DNA of 32,000 bases from Candidatus Saccharimonadota bacterium (GTDB lineage Bacteria; Patescibacteriota; Gracilibacteria; Absconditabacterales; Absconditicoccaceae). The stretch spans positions 1-32,000 of the forward strand of contig OZ246420.1 of NCBI GenBank assembly GCA_965231145.1. Direction: 5' to 3'. Positions 7,699 to 18,243 of the stretch are shown piece after piece. Within the stretch, counting starts at the first letter, position 1. Every line of letters starts with the position of its first letter. The notes beneath the pieces were generated by a model. That model saw only the letters and a program-made list of their open reading frames with translations. It was not told where the DNA came from and did no database searches. The translations under genes and the position numbers were made by a program.

Positions 7699-9507
7699 AT
7701 GAAAAAAAGAAATAAGATAATATATGGTTCTTTGCTCGTTATCCTTATAGGGATGGGTATTGCTCTGAGTCAAAAGAAAGTTGACAATACCGCGGAAACA
7801 GAGAAGCAGAAGTTTTTTATCGTGACACAGGCGATCGGAAAAGAAGCACAATGATCTATTAAAAAAACTGCGACAGTGCAGGCTGCGAGTGATATCACTA
7901 TCACTGCTCAGATTGCAGGCCGCGTCAATAGTACCAATGTTGCGATCGGGCAAAAAGTAAATCAAAAACAACTTCTTATCTCCTTGGTAGATAGCGCAGG
8001 AACATATACGCTCAACGCACAGAGAGCAAGCCTTTCAGTGCAGTCTGCGGCAAATGCATTTACTGTCAATCAGCAGAACCTTGAGAAACAAATTCAAGAT
8101 GCGACACTTTCTTATCAGAAAACAACAGTATCGAGCGATAATAGTATTTTAGCAAATAGCAATAGCAGCGCTCAGTTACAGGTAAAACAGCTTGAGCAAA
8201 ATCTTGCAAAAGCTCGTATAGATTATGATATTAAAATCAAAAATGACGAACAAACACTTCAAAATTATCTCACTACGGCTAAAAATGTTTATAGTGATGT
8301 GACAAATCTCATGCTTGATGTGATAGACCAAGCAGACAAATTTCTCGGATATAGTCTTATCAATAGTCATCTCAATAATGGCTTTGAAATATATATTGGA
8401 GTCAAAGACGACAATACAAAATATCTCGCAGAACAAAAACTTGCAGAACTCATGAGGCAGAAAGACACACTCCAAGCTCTAGGCAACAATATCACATTGC
8501 AGAATATTACTGACTATCTTTCACAATATAAAAAGATCGTCGATACGATCAATGAAATGACAACTGCTATGAAAAATGTACTTAATGCAACAATTGTATG
8601 AGGAACACTTTCACAAGCAGGTCTGGATGGTTATATCTCAAGTTTCTGAGCACTTCAGTCAAAGGCGAGTGGTATATCTTCATCGATTACTACACAGGTA
8701 AATAGCATCAATTCATTTGTTACAACCTATAAGGACAACCAAAATTCTTTGAAAAAACAGATTGAACTTCTTGAAACCCAGGTGGACGTGACTACGAAAC
8801 AGATCGAAGAGTGAAGTAAAAACGCTTCATATAATCTCGAACAAAGTAAAAATAATCTTAATTTTCTCTCTAACACGAGAGATACTAATCTCAATAGTTT
8901 GCGTAACTCTCTCAGTCAGGCTCAGGTTGCTTATCAAGAGGCTCAATTGGCTCTTAGTAAGTTGTCTATCGTCGCTCCTATCCCAGGCATTATCGGTGAA
9001 GTGCTTGTAGACAAAGGACAAGATGTTTCTCCAGGTACGCCACTTATAAAAATGGTATCAGAAGGAAAAGAAATTATGATAAGGGCTACAGCAAATGAAA
9101 AAGAGTATGTTATGCTTGGACAAGATGTAGAGATTGTAGCAGAATGAAAGAGTTTTTCATGAACAGTTACAGAAATAGGGTCAGTTACTGATGACACAGG
9201 AAATTATGTTATAAAAGTAAGAATAAGTGATGATGCTGATATTGATATAGGAAGCTTTGTCGATGTGATGATACCTCTTCAACAATGAAACAGCGTCATT
9301 CCACTGAAGTCGGTAAATATCGTAGACAATAACAGATGACAAATATTTTTATGGAACGGAGCGTCTATCGAAATGAAAACGATTTCACTAGGAAGTGTAT
9401 ATGGTGATGGTATCGAAGTGACAGAAGAGCTTCCGGAAGATTCAGAACTTATCATTTCTGATATTAGTAATTATGATCCAGAAAAAATGATACTTGAAAA
9501 AAAATAA
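7699..9507 (+). CDS. Efflux periplasmic adaptor / membrane fusion protein (HlyD/RND MFP family), long form
   Basis: Track ORFs 7876..8601 and 8899..9147 share a frame. Read through the in-frame TGA codons from ATG 7699 to TAA 9505-9507, the protein is 602 aa. It has an N-terminal TM anchor (IIYGSLLVILIGMGIAL). Lipoyl-like motifs are IAGRVNSTNVAIGQKVNQKQLLISL and IVAPIPGIIGEVLVDKGQDVSPGTPLIKM. A long Gln/Asn-rich coiled-coil hairpin lies between them. Confidence 0.85.
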
Positions 9508-9530
9508 TGTTTACCTTTTAGAAACTGGTT

Positions 9531-12500
9531 ATGAGAGAAACAGTAAAACAGCATATTGAGAAAATAGAAAATACATGGTTTTGATGGTGGGTGAAAAATT
9601 ATAAAGTATCATTTCTTCTGATAGCACTACTTATCGGTTATGGTACTTTTTCGCTTATACGTATTCCAAAGGAGTCGACACCAGACATTCCTTTTGGTAT
9701 TGTTCAAATAACGACTATCTATCCTGGAGCAAATCCTGTAGATATAGACAGCATTATTACGCAAAAAATCGAAGACGAGATAGAAAATATGCAGGAAATA
9801 GATGCCATGGATTCGAGGTCGTCTCTTGGTGTATCAAATATTACACTGACACTTAAAAGTAGTGTTGACACGAAAGCATTCATTAGCGATATAAAAACGA
9901 AGATAGATAACATCCCTTTTGTGGATGATATAAAAGATCCGGTCGTCTCAGAGATATCAAGTGACAATACCGTTCTCTTTCAGATGATTGCATATGCCCC
10001 GAAAAAAGATTTTACGCTCAATCAAGTAAGATCTCTGGGTATGAATCTGAAAAAAGAAATCAAAGGGAAGGAGTGAATAGTAGACGTTACTATCGGTGGT
10101 GTAGCAGATGATTCTGATTATGATCTTTCTGTGCTTCTTAATGATCAAGCGTTGGAAAATTATAATCTTAGTATCGCCCAAGTAGTAAACGCGATAAGAG
10201 GATACAACCAAAACCTGCCACTCGGAAATCATGAGCTTGGAGAGTTCTCGTATGATTATAGGATAGATAATGAAATCTCATCACTAGACGAACTAAGTAA
10301 TATTCCTATCGCTATAAACGGAGGAAACGACTATATAAGTCTTTCTGATATCACAACCATACGCAGGGACTATAAGAGTTCTGCGGTTGTGTGGTGAGGT
10401 GTTTATAACTCATCAGATAACTATGCAGTATCGGTAACGATTTTTAAAGAAAAAAATACGAATGTTTTTAGTAGTGCAAAAAAAGCGAAAGCTTTCATAG
10501 AAAAAACACTGAAGAAGCCAATCTATACATGACTTTCATTTGAATACACAATGGATTTGTCAGATGTAATTATCGATGACTATAAATCGCTTGGGTCAAA
10601 TGCTGTCAGCTCAGTACTTCTTGTTTTGGCTATTACGGCGCTTTTCATTGGACTAAGGCAGTCACTCATCGCAACGCTTGGTATGATCATTGCATTCTTC
10701 ATCACATTTATCGTGCTGGATCTGATGGGAATGACACTGAATTTTTTGACAAACTTTAGTCTTATCTTGGCGTTCTGATCCGGCATCGACACGGTTATCG
10801 TCTTCATTGAAGCTGCGCGTGAAAACATGAAAAGAGGATATAATCCTAAAAGCGCAATACTCCTTGCGGTCAACACATATAAAACACCGAACATCAATAC
10901 ATCTCTGATCAACCTCGTAGTGTTTATACCAATGCTTGTACTTCCAGGAGTAACAGGAAAATTTCTTTCATATATTCCTATCACCATCTTTACGACTCTC
11001 TTGGGAAGTCTTTTCTTGGCGTTGACGGTAAATAATGCGATGTTTACAAAGCTCAATAAGAAGCGGAACTATTACTATGAAGAAGATGAAACATCGGAGA
11101 TGATCATTAGCGACGTAGAAAGAGAACTGCTTGAAGAAGAGAGAAAGTGAAAAGAAGTAAGAAAGAGAACAACAGAACCGTGGTTTGAAAAGATGCTCGA
11201 CAAGTATCTTACAGCGCCATATATTCATATATTGAAAAAGACGATCGATCGTAAGAGTTGGAGAAAAATATCTATCTGGGCTCCGATTGCTATCCTTATC
11301 GCCACATTCATTTTTCTTTCGCCAAATATTGGATTTAAGCTTTTCCCTTCGGGAGATAATCCATTTATCACCTATGCTATTGAAGGAAAACAGTGACAAA
11401 CAACCGAATCTATGGCTATGGCTGTTTCATGAATAGATAGAGCGATTGCTTCGATCCCAGAACTAAAGAGTTATGAGATTACGATTAACAAACATGTTGT
11501 AGATCTGTCGATTATCCTCACGAAAAAAGATGAGAGAAAGAGAGATAGCTTTGCGGTCGAAGAAGACATTAAGAAGAGACTTGTATATCTAAAAGAGGAA
11601 GGATATAAGGTGGAAGGTAAAGTACAAGCGGGAGGTCCTCCAGTCGGTAAAGCAGTTGGTATAAAACTTGTTGCAGAAAATACCGATCAGCTTACAACAC
11701 TGAAACAAGTGAGTCAGGACTTTGAAACATATCTTCGTTCATTAACTGGAACGATAAATGTAGGAAACTCAAGTACTAATACTCCATGACAATTCTCGGT
11801 AAAATTTGATAAGGCAAAACTTGCGCAGCTTGGACTGACTCCACAAGACTTTCAGTCAGAGCTCTATGCGGCGCTCAATGGAACAAAAGCCGGAACGATA
11901 CAGATAGAAAATATCGAAAGAGATATCGTCGTAAAAGTGGCTTCCTTTGATCAAAGTTTTTCTCCAGAGCATATGAGAAACTTTGTGGTGCAGACCAGGA
12001 AGGGAGAGATGGCCTTGTCGGCTGTTGGAGAGGTAAGTATAGATCCGTCACTTGCTTCTATTAGCAGGGTGGATGGAGATGTTACTATTACGGTTGACTC
12101 AGATCTTGAGTCAGGACTTGCGCCTACAGCCTTTCAGCCAAAACTTATTGAATACGCAGAAAAGTATGAGTTTCCTCAGTGAATATCTTATAAGGAAAGT
12201 GGAGAAAACCAGGAAAATGCTGAGCTTATCCAGGCTACCATCATGGCGTTCTTCGTTGCTCTATTCTTGGCATTTGCTATCTTGGTGTATCAGTTTAACT
12301 CATTTAGTAAGCCGATGATAGTGCTCTATAGTATTATCACAGCGTTACTCTGAGCAAACATCGGACTCTATGTGACAGGTAATCCATACAGTATGTCATT
12401 TGGTATCGGATTTATCTCGCTTATCGGAGTGATCGTCAATACTGCGATCTTCTTAGTAGACAGGATCAATGAAAATCTGAAGAACGGCGTATCGATCGAA

Positions 12501-12740
12501 AGAGCAATTGTTGAAGCTGGAACGGTCAGATTTAAACCGATCGTTATTAGTACTGTTACGACAATCCTTGGTATCGGTTCAGTAGTGACGCAGGATGAGT
12601 TCTACGCAGGACTTGGATGGACCGTTATCTTTGGACTTTTGTTCTCATCGGTTATTACGCTTATCGCTATCCCAAATCTTTTCTATGCAGTCTATAAAAG
12701 AAAAGAGGCTCGCGCGCAAAGAGAAGCGCTGAGCGAATAA
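9531..12740 (+). CDS. RND family efflux transporter (AcrB/AcrD/AcrF-type inner membrane pump)
   Basis: Seven track ORFs (9591, 10131, 10551, 10827, 11193, 11937, 12372) all lie in the frame of ATG 9531 and are separated only by TGA, with about 11 in-frame TGA codons in total. Merged, the protein is 1069 aa with the two-fold RND repeat. Matching segments include LILAF-G-SGIDTVIVFIEAA (AcrB: LAIGLLVDDAIVVVEN) and GFISLIGVIVNTAIFLVDRINE. The stop is TAA. Confidence 0.92.
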
Positions 12741-12755
12741 TGATTATTATTCAAT

Positions 12756-12783
12756 AAAAAACGCCGCATAGTCGGCGTTTTTC
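12756..12783. terminator. Bidirectional intrinsic terminator between the RND gene and the photolyase gene
   Basis: The stem is ACGCCG / CGGCGT with a 6-nt loop, flanked by an A-run upstream and a T-run downstream. It lies between the convergent stops at 12740 (+) and 12786 (-). Confidence 0.7.
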
Positions 12784-12785
12784 TT

Positions 12786-14117
12786 TTACTGTTTTGCGTA
12801 CATTGCTTTCGCCCTTTTGCTTCGCTCATAGTGGTCAACGATAGGCTTCGCATATCAGAGGTCATTTTCGAGAGGATTGTGAATTTTCTTTGGATCAATG
12901 TTGCGAAGCTCAGGTATTCGCTTTTTGATATACTCACACTGTGGATCAAATCTTTCCGACTGCAATAGAGGAGAAAATATTCTTAATGGCTTTGGATCCG
13001 CTCCTACGCTCGCTGCTCGCTGTCGATTTCCTATATTTACATTTTCATCGTAATCTAAGAGATAATTTGCAAAGTGTTCTTCTCCCCGACGCCAGTCTAT
13101 CATAAGATCTTTCGTGAGGAATGATGCAACAACCATACGCACACGATTGTGCATCCAGTTTTCTGCCTTCAATTGTCTCATGCCGGCGTCAACCAGAGGA
13201 TATCACGTTTTTCACTCTTTTCGGGCGTCAAAATGTTTTTTGTTATTGTCCCAAGCTAGTTTTCTGCGCTTTTCTAAGAACTCAATTGCTCTGGTTTCGG
13301 GAAAATAAAACATGATATGGTTCCAAAATTCACGCCACGCGAGTTCACTAATAAATACGCTTTCTTGTCCTGCGGTATTTTTCACTGCTTTATACACTTC
13401 TCTGATGCTGAGGAGTCCAAATCTAATATAAGGCGAGAGCCTTGACGATCAGTCTATCGCAGGAAAATTTCTGGTTTCGTGGTAGCGAGAAAAATCGAAT
13501 TCATGAAGCCTTTCGTGCGCAGTAGTAACATCTCGAATAGTATTTTTTTTATAGGAAAGTTTTTTGAAGATGGAGTCGAGAGGAACCATTTCTACCTTAG
13601 GAGAGCTGATCTGAGAAGGCGCCTTATGTATAACAATCTCTTTTGTGGCAAGTTGTTTTTGCCACAGCTTGAAAAAAGGTGTGAATACTTTTCTTTGCGG
13701 AACCTTTTCTAGCGGTACCAGAAAAAAGTCATCGTGAGACGAATGATAGATCTGATTTTTTTTACATCGATCTTGTATGAATGCATCTCTCATGAGAGAT
13801 CATGAACCATAGCTTTTGTTGTAGTAGAGAGCTTCTGCTTTGTGCTCAGTGATAAGCTCAGGGATAATCTTTTTAGGATCTCCATAGCAGACCATAAGGT
13901 ACGATCATCTTTCGCGAAGCTCCTTATCAAGTTCTGTTACCGCATCTACAAGAAATCACACTCTGCTATCATTTTCAGGAAAATGAGAAAGTATGGTTTC
14001 ATCGAAAATAAATACCGGAATTATTTCTTTTGAGTATTTCAATGCCTCAAGCAAACCTGAGTTGTCTGTAAGTCTGAGGTCCTGACGAAACACAAACAAT
14101 GAGCGAGCGTACGTCAT
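12786..14117 (-). CDS. phrB: Deoxyribodipyrimidine photolyase (class I CPD photolyase/cryptochrome family)
   Basis: Four same-frame track ORFs (12855, 13212, 13449, 13956) are joined across TGA codons, giving 443 aa from ATG 14115-14117 to TAA 12786-12788. Matches to E. coli Phr include FISELAWREFW, KE-G-KT-G-YPLVDAGMRQL, NWMHNRVRMVVASFLTKDL and ASVGADPKPLRIFSP. The conserved WQW, AW and W-LPEL Trp residues are encoded by CGA. Confidence 0.9.
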
Positions 14118-14119
14118 AT

Positions 14120-15241
14120 TTATTTTACGAAATGAGGTAATGTAATGACTTTCTGGTTTTTTCCTGCTCGCCATTTTTCTGTTGGCTCCTGCATAAACGG
14201 AGAAGGAACAAGATATGTGGTGTTATGATGACGGAAAAGAAATTTGATAACACGAAGAAGAAATCGTTTGCAGATGAGCAATATAATTTTAAGAGGATTT
14301 TTTGTCTTTCCAACTTGAAGCCAGTAAGATAGAGCCATAGATCCTGCAACTTTCCAGATGTTATATAAGACAGAAGGATATGGAACGTAATATCCCATGT
14401 CATGAAACATCATTCGAATCTTTGTATCATGAGGTATAGCAGTGAGTGGAAGCCATCCGATGTTTCTGATAACGCTATGGCACCATACTATATCTGGCTT
14501 GAAATCTTTTATTTTCTTGCGGAGTTTTCGCCATGTAGCTATATTGAAAAATGTTTTTATGAGACCCGCATACGATAGTTTTTTTGCGCTTCAAAATTTC
14601 TCAACCACAAAACCATGCTGCTCTAAGAGCTTTGTTGCTTCATCGATAAACACTTCAACTCATCAGATTCTTATAGAAAAATCACTCACCATGAGGATGC
14701 GTTTTGCGTGTCCCGCAAGGCTTTTCACCTGTGAAATCCAAGCGTCTGTACTATATGCAGCGAGTCCTAGTTGCTCAGGTCCAATAGGAAATTCATGTTT
14801 CGCCTTGTTGTTTTTGATGATGGTTGATACCAAAGAAAATAATTTTTCTTCGTGAGTTTCTCCAGAGGCTTTTGTTGCGTCGAGCTCATCTATGACAAAA
14901 GGTGCGATACCTCACTTCTTAAATCCGATGACCGGAACTCATGAGCGAAGAGCTTCGAGCGCGCTTAAACCAAATGTCTCTATGACACGAGAAGGCATGA
15001 GACAATAGTCTGCATCAATTAGTTTTTCTTTAATCAACTTGTTATCTGTTCGTCAGTGAAAAAACACATTATTTGGCAAAAGCTCTGAAAGGGCCTCTAC
15101 TGTATTGCTATAGCCTCCTGCGCCATACACATCGAGTGTCCAGTTAGTTATTCACTTTGCATACAAACTAGGAAAAACATCGAGGATGAGGTCGATGCCT
15201 TTTTCGTATTCGAGTCTACCGAAGAAGATAAATTTTGTCAT
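14120..15241 (-). CDS. GT-B fold (GT4-like) glycosyltransferase with its two Rossmann domains in swapped order
   Basis: I translated this by hand. The frame is continuous over 373 aa from ATG 15239-15241 to TAA 14120-14122, with 7 in-frame TGA codons. Residues 1-~115 form the Glycos_transf_1-type C-domain (KFIFFGRLEYEKGIDLIL ... PSRVIETFGLSALEALRS-G-VPVIG, with the ExxxxxxxE motif). The rest resembles a GT4 N-domain (KRILMVSDFSIRI-GG-VEVFIDEATKLLEQHGF ... KPDIVWCHS ... MFHD) and ends in a linker-like KVITLPHFV. Confidence 0.8.
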
Positions 15242-15360
15242 TGAAAGATACTATATATAAAGCCTATTATCTTACAATTACAATTACAAATATATATTTT
15301 TTGCTAAAATTTAATATTTCATTACAATAGAAGAATGAGCTTTACTTGTTTTGGGTTGCC

Positions 15361-16032
15361 ATGAAAAATACTGCTGGTAGAAAAATAATAACTGCCGCTC
15401 CTTATTCAACATCGACCATTCAGCAATATTTGAAAGATAGGGCTGCTTTTGAGGCATGGCAAACTTTGAATGATCAAGGGAAAAAGAAGTCAGAAAATGA
15501 CTGATTTCAGAAGGAAAACAACAAAGAAGCATCAATAAATACACTAAAAGACGGAGATATAGATATTATCATCAGCGGATGTCCACAAGGGCATCAGGTA
15601 TTTTCTCTTATAGAAAATGAAGCGACAGAATATAGTCATTTCTTACAAAACTACGACCACACTTTATATCCAGAGCAGGGGCAGAAATATATTCATCACA
15701 ATAAATATCATGGTTGAGACGAAATATTTATTGCTATGCAGTCGCTAGAAAAAGGAGATAGAAAGTGATGATACGCATGAATAACCTTAAGACTACACAA
15801 CTGATATAAACTTAAACTAGCTTATGAAAAGGCTTTCATGGAAGCTGTGTTTGATCAGTTGGTTGGTGGTGAGAAAGATACGAGTAAATTCTTTGGGAAA
15901 ACAGAAAATGGTCTTATACAGCGAAGAACCGATGATAAAACACATATTCTAAGCATATTAAAAGCTTTTAAGAAGCGGCTTCTTGCGGAAATTAATACAG
16001 GAGAATATTCTTCTTATTTCGAGAAAATATAA
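15361..16032 (+). CDS. Hypothetical protein with no recognisable family
   Basis: The frame is open over 223 aa from ATG 15361 to TAA 16030-16032 when TGA is sense (6 in-frame TGA, one CGA, one CGG). Only the last 64 aa appear in the standard track (15838..16032). A frame this long that is free of TAA/TAG is unlikely by chance in AT-rich DNA. Confidence 0.55.
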
Positions 16033-16035
16033 TAG

Positions 16036-16710
16036 TTACTTCCACAGTCAAATAACAAATTCTCATTTGATGATGAGCTCTTTTTTCGTAATTTTTTCTT
16101 TCATCTCTTGTATGGTTCACATCAGCTTTTGGTCGAACATCTTGCTTATCTCGCGAGCGACAAATATTTTTCCGTCGTATCCGAGCTCTTCGAGCTCATC
16201 AAATAATTTTTCTACTCTATGTACTGACTCATAGAAGAAACATGGTGTATTTGAAACTGTTTCGATCATCATTTTTAATATGGTTTGTCTTCCCTTTTTC
16301 GTTGGGATGAAGCCAAAGTATGCAAAAGTACTTGTGTCGGTATAGGCGCTTACTATGGCAGGAATAAGCGCTGTTGCTCATGGAAGAACTTCAAAGGGCA
16401 GGTTGTTTTCCCGCGCCATCTTAATGAGATTTTTTCCTGGATCAGATAAGCCTGGCGTGCCTGCTTCGCTGGTAACAACCGCATCGTTTTCCTTGAGAAG
16501 ATTTACATAGTGATTGAGTTTTCACTGATCAGTAAAACTTGTGAGAGGAAAAAATTGCTTTCACGTCAGAGAGATCTCATACATGTTCATGAGTTTTTTT
16601 GTTGTCGCTGTGTCTTCACAGAAAAAAATATTCACTTCTTTAAGAAGTCTGAGACCACGAACAGTTATATCTTCTTTGTTTCCTATGGGAGTAGGAACGA
16701 AATAGAGCAT
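16036..16710 (-). CDS. rsmI: 16S rRNA (cytidine1402-2'-O)-methyltransferase RsmI
   Basis: I translated this by hand. It is 224 aa from ATG 16708-16710 to TAA 16036-16038, with 6 in-frame TGA codons. Motifs seen are MLYFVPTPIGNKEDITVRGLRLLKEV, FCEDT, EAGTPGLSDPG, VLP-G-ATALIPA, FYESVHR and AREISKMF. It is absent from the standard-code track, where only spurious opposite-strand ORFs are listed. Confidence 0.9.
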
Positions 16711-16760
16711 ACTAACTTATTTAATTCTAAATTTTAATTCGAATTGAGCGAGTTATTTCT

Positions 16761-16817
16761 AAATCCTGCGTCCCAAGTATTGCTGGGACACCTCCTTTGC
16801 AAAAGGATGCTTCCATT
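16761..16817 (+). repeat. Double-hairpin intergenic repeat, copy B
   Basis: The element begins AAATCCTGC. Hairpin 1 is GTCCCA agtattgc TGGGAC. Hairpin 2 is CCTCCTTT gca AAAGGATG (one mismatch), followed by CTTCCATTG. It lies in the divergent region between rsmI (-) and dedA (+). Confidence 0.55.
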
Positions 16818-16908
16818 GCGAATTGTTTGTAAGTATAGTTTTTCTCGTTGTTTTCACAAGCGGTATACGTATACGTGAATGTTATTATTTCTTATTCATG
16901 TAGACAAA

Positions 16909-17544
16909 ATGATACAGCAGATAGTTGATTGGCTTTTATGGCTTGTGCGTGAAGTGGGATATCCAGGTGTTGCTCTCTCTATGTTCATAGAAAGTTTCTT
17001 TGCGCCGATTCCTTCAGAGGCAATCATGCCTCTTGCAGGATGGCTTGCTGCAGAAGGAAGTATGCAAATATGGGCGCTGGCTCTTATAGGAGGGGTCGCA
17101 AGTTATCTTGGAACATTGCCATTCTATTTTCTTGGGTACTGGGGAAATAGACAGAAGATTAACCGTTGGGTCGGAAAATACGGTAAGTGGTTCTTCATTA
17201 AGCCGGAAGAAATCGATACAGCATTTGATTGGTTTCAGAAATATGGAAAAGGATTTGTCTTTCTCGGACGCCTAGTGCCTATTGTTCGTACTGTTATCTC
17301 GTTTCCCGCAGGAGCGATAAAGATGAAGTTTCTTCCGTTTACGCTTCTTACATTAGCTGGTTCTATTCTCTGGAGCTGACTCCTTGCAACAGCAGGATAC
17401 TATCTTGGAGCAAACTGGGATCAGGTAGGAGCGTTTATGGGTAAGTATGAACATGTTGTCTTAGCTATTGTTTCCGTATGTATCGTTGCGTACATTGTCT
17501 ATCTATTCTGGAACAGAGGAAATAAGAAAAAAAAGGCCGGATAA
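16909..17544 (+). CDS. DedA/SNARE-associated family membrane protein, paralog 1
   Basis: Track ORF 16879..17379 continues through the TGA at 17377-17379 to TAA 17542-17544. DedA-type segments are FIESFFAPIPSEAIMPLAG and GRLVPIVRTVISFPAGA. The start is taken at ATG 16909 (MIQQIVDW), and ATG 16879 is an alternative. Confidence 0.85.
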
Positions 17545-17559
17545 ACCAGCCTTTTTTAT
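17527..17559. terminator. Bidirectional intrinsic terminator overlapping two convergent stop codons
   Basis: The sequence is AAAAGGCCGG ataaa CCAGCCTTTT, a 10-bp stem with one mismatch, flanked by an A-run and a T-run. The dedA TAA (17542-17544) lies in the loop, and the minus-gene TAA (17556-17558) lies in the T-tract. Confidence 0.65.
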
Positions 17560-17873
17560 TTTGTGCATATACAATAAGTAATATCGTGAAAGATATGACC
17601 GTTTCTTTTCTCATGAGACTGCTTTGTTATGATGTAGCCTATATGAGCAGATTTGTTTACTTTTTTTGCAAACCCTTCTAGGTTCTGCATTATCACATAG
17701 TGTATTGCATAACCCAGGTCGTGGGTGGAAGGAACGGTGATGGTTTCTTTTGAGTCGCTAATTTTCCATCCCTCGGTGTTTTCTACCCATCCTTCTATGA
17801 TTGCTTTAGGCTCTTTTACAAAAAGCTTGCCTATGAGAGCGGTGAATGTTTGGTATAGTTGTGAGTCTTTCAT
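17556..17873 (-). CDS. Hypothetical protein
   Basis: The track ORF is 17556..17897 with a TTG start, and the first ATG is at 17871-17873 (MKDSQLYQTF...). The stop is TAA. I recognise no family. Confidence 0.45.
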   Translation of the reverse strand: MKDSQLYQTFTALIGKLFVKEPKAIIEGWVENTEGWKISDSKETITVPSTHDLGYAIHYVIMQNLEGFAKKVNKSAHIGYIITKQSHEKRNGHIFHDITYCICTK

Positions 17874-18243
17874 ATTGAGTGTTGTTGGTTGGAACAATGG
17901 TATGGAAGTGTCTATAAAGAGTCAATCACAAAGAATCCCTTGTTATTTACTGGGTTTTCGGTATACTACGGGTGATTGATGAACCAAAACAGCTGAAAAG
18001 CTATACTACAAAAGCGAAATAGTCGCTATCGTGATCATCTAGTGGGCAAACATAGATTTGCCATATAACTACCAAGTCTTCGGTCACTCTCTCTACTATT
18101 TTCTCTTAGAAGGAGCTTGGTTTATCGGTCATATTACGTGTTGAAATGAGAAGGCGCGAAAATGAGAAAATGTCATAGGTACATTTTTGTATTTTCTTTC
18201 TTTTTTTGCTCATTTCCACTTTTTATCGTTTGATTATTTTTGT

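Noticed and set aside
9531-12740. The apparent fragmentation of the RND pump, and likewise of PBP1A, tilS, pilT, photolyase and the helicase, into 2-7 pieces could be read as pseudogenisation.
   Set aside because: All pieces stay in one frame. They are separated only by TGA, never by TAA/TAG or frameshifts, and the TGA sites align with conserved Gly. This is recoding, not decay.
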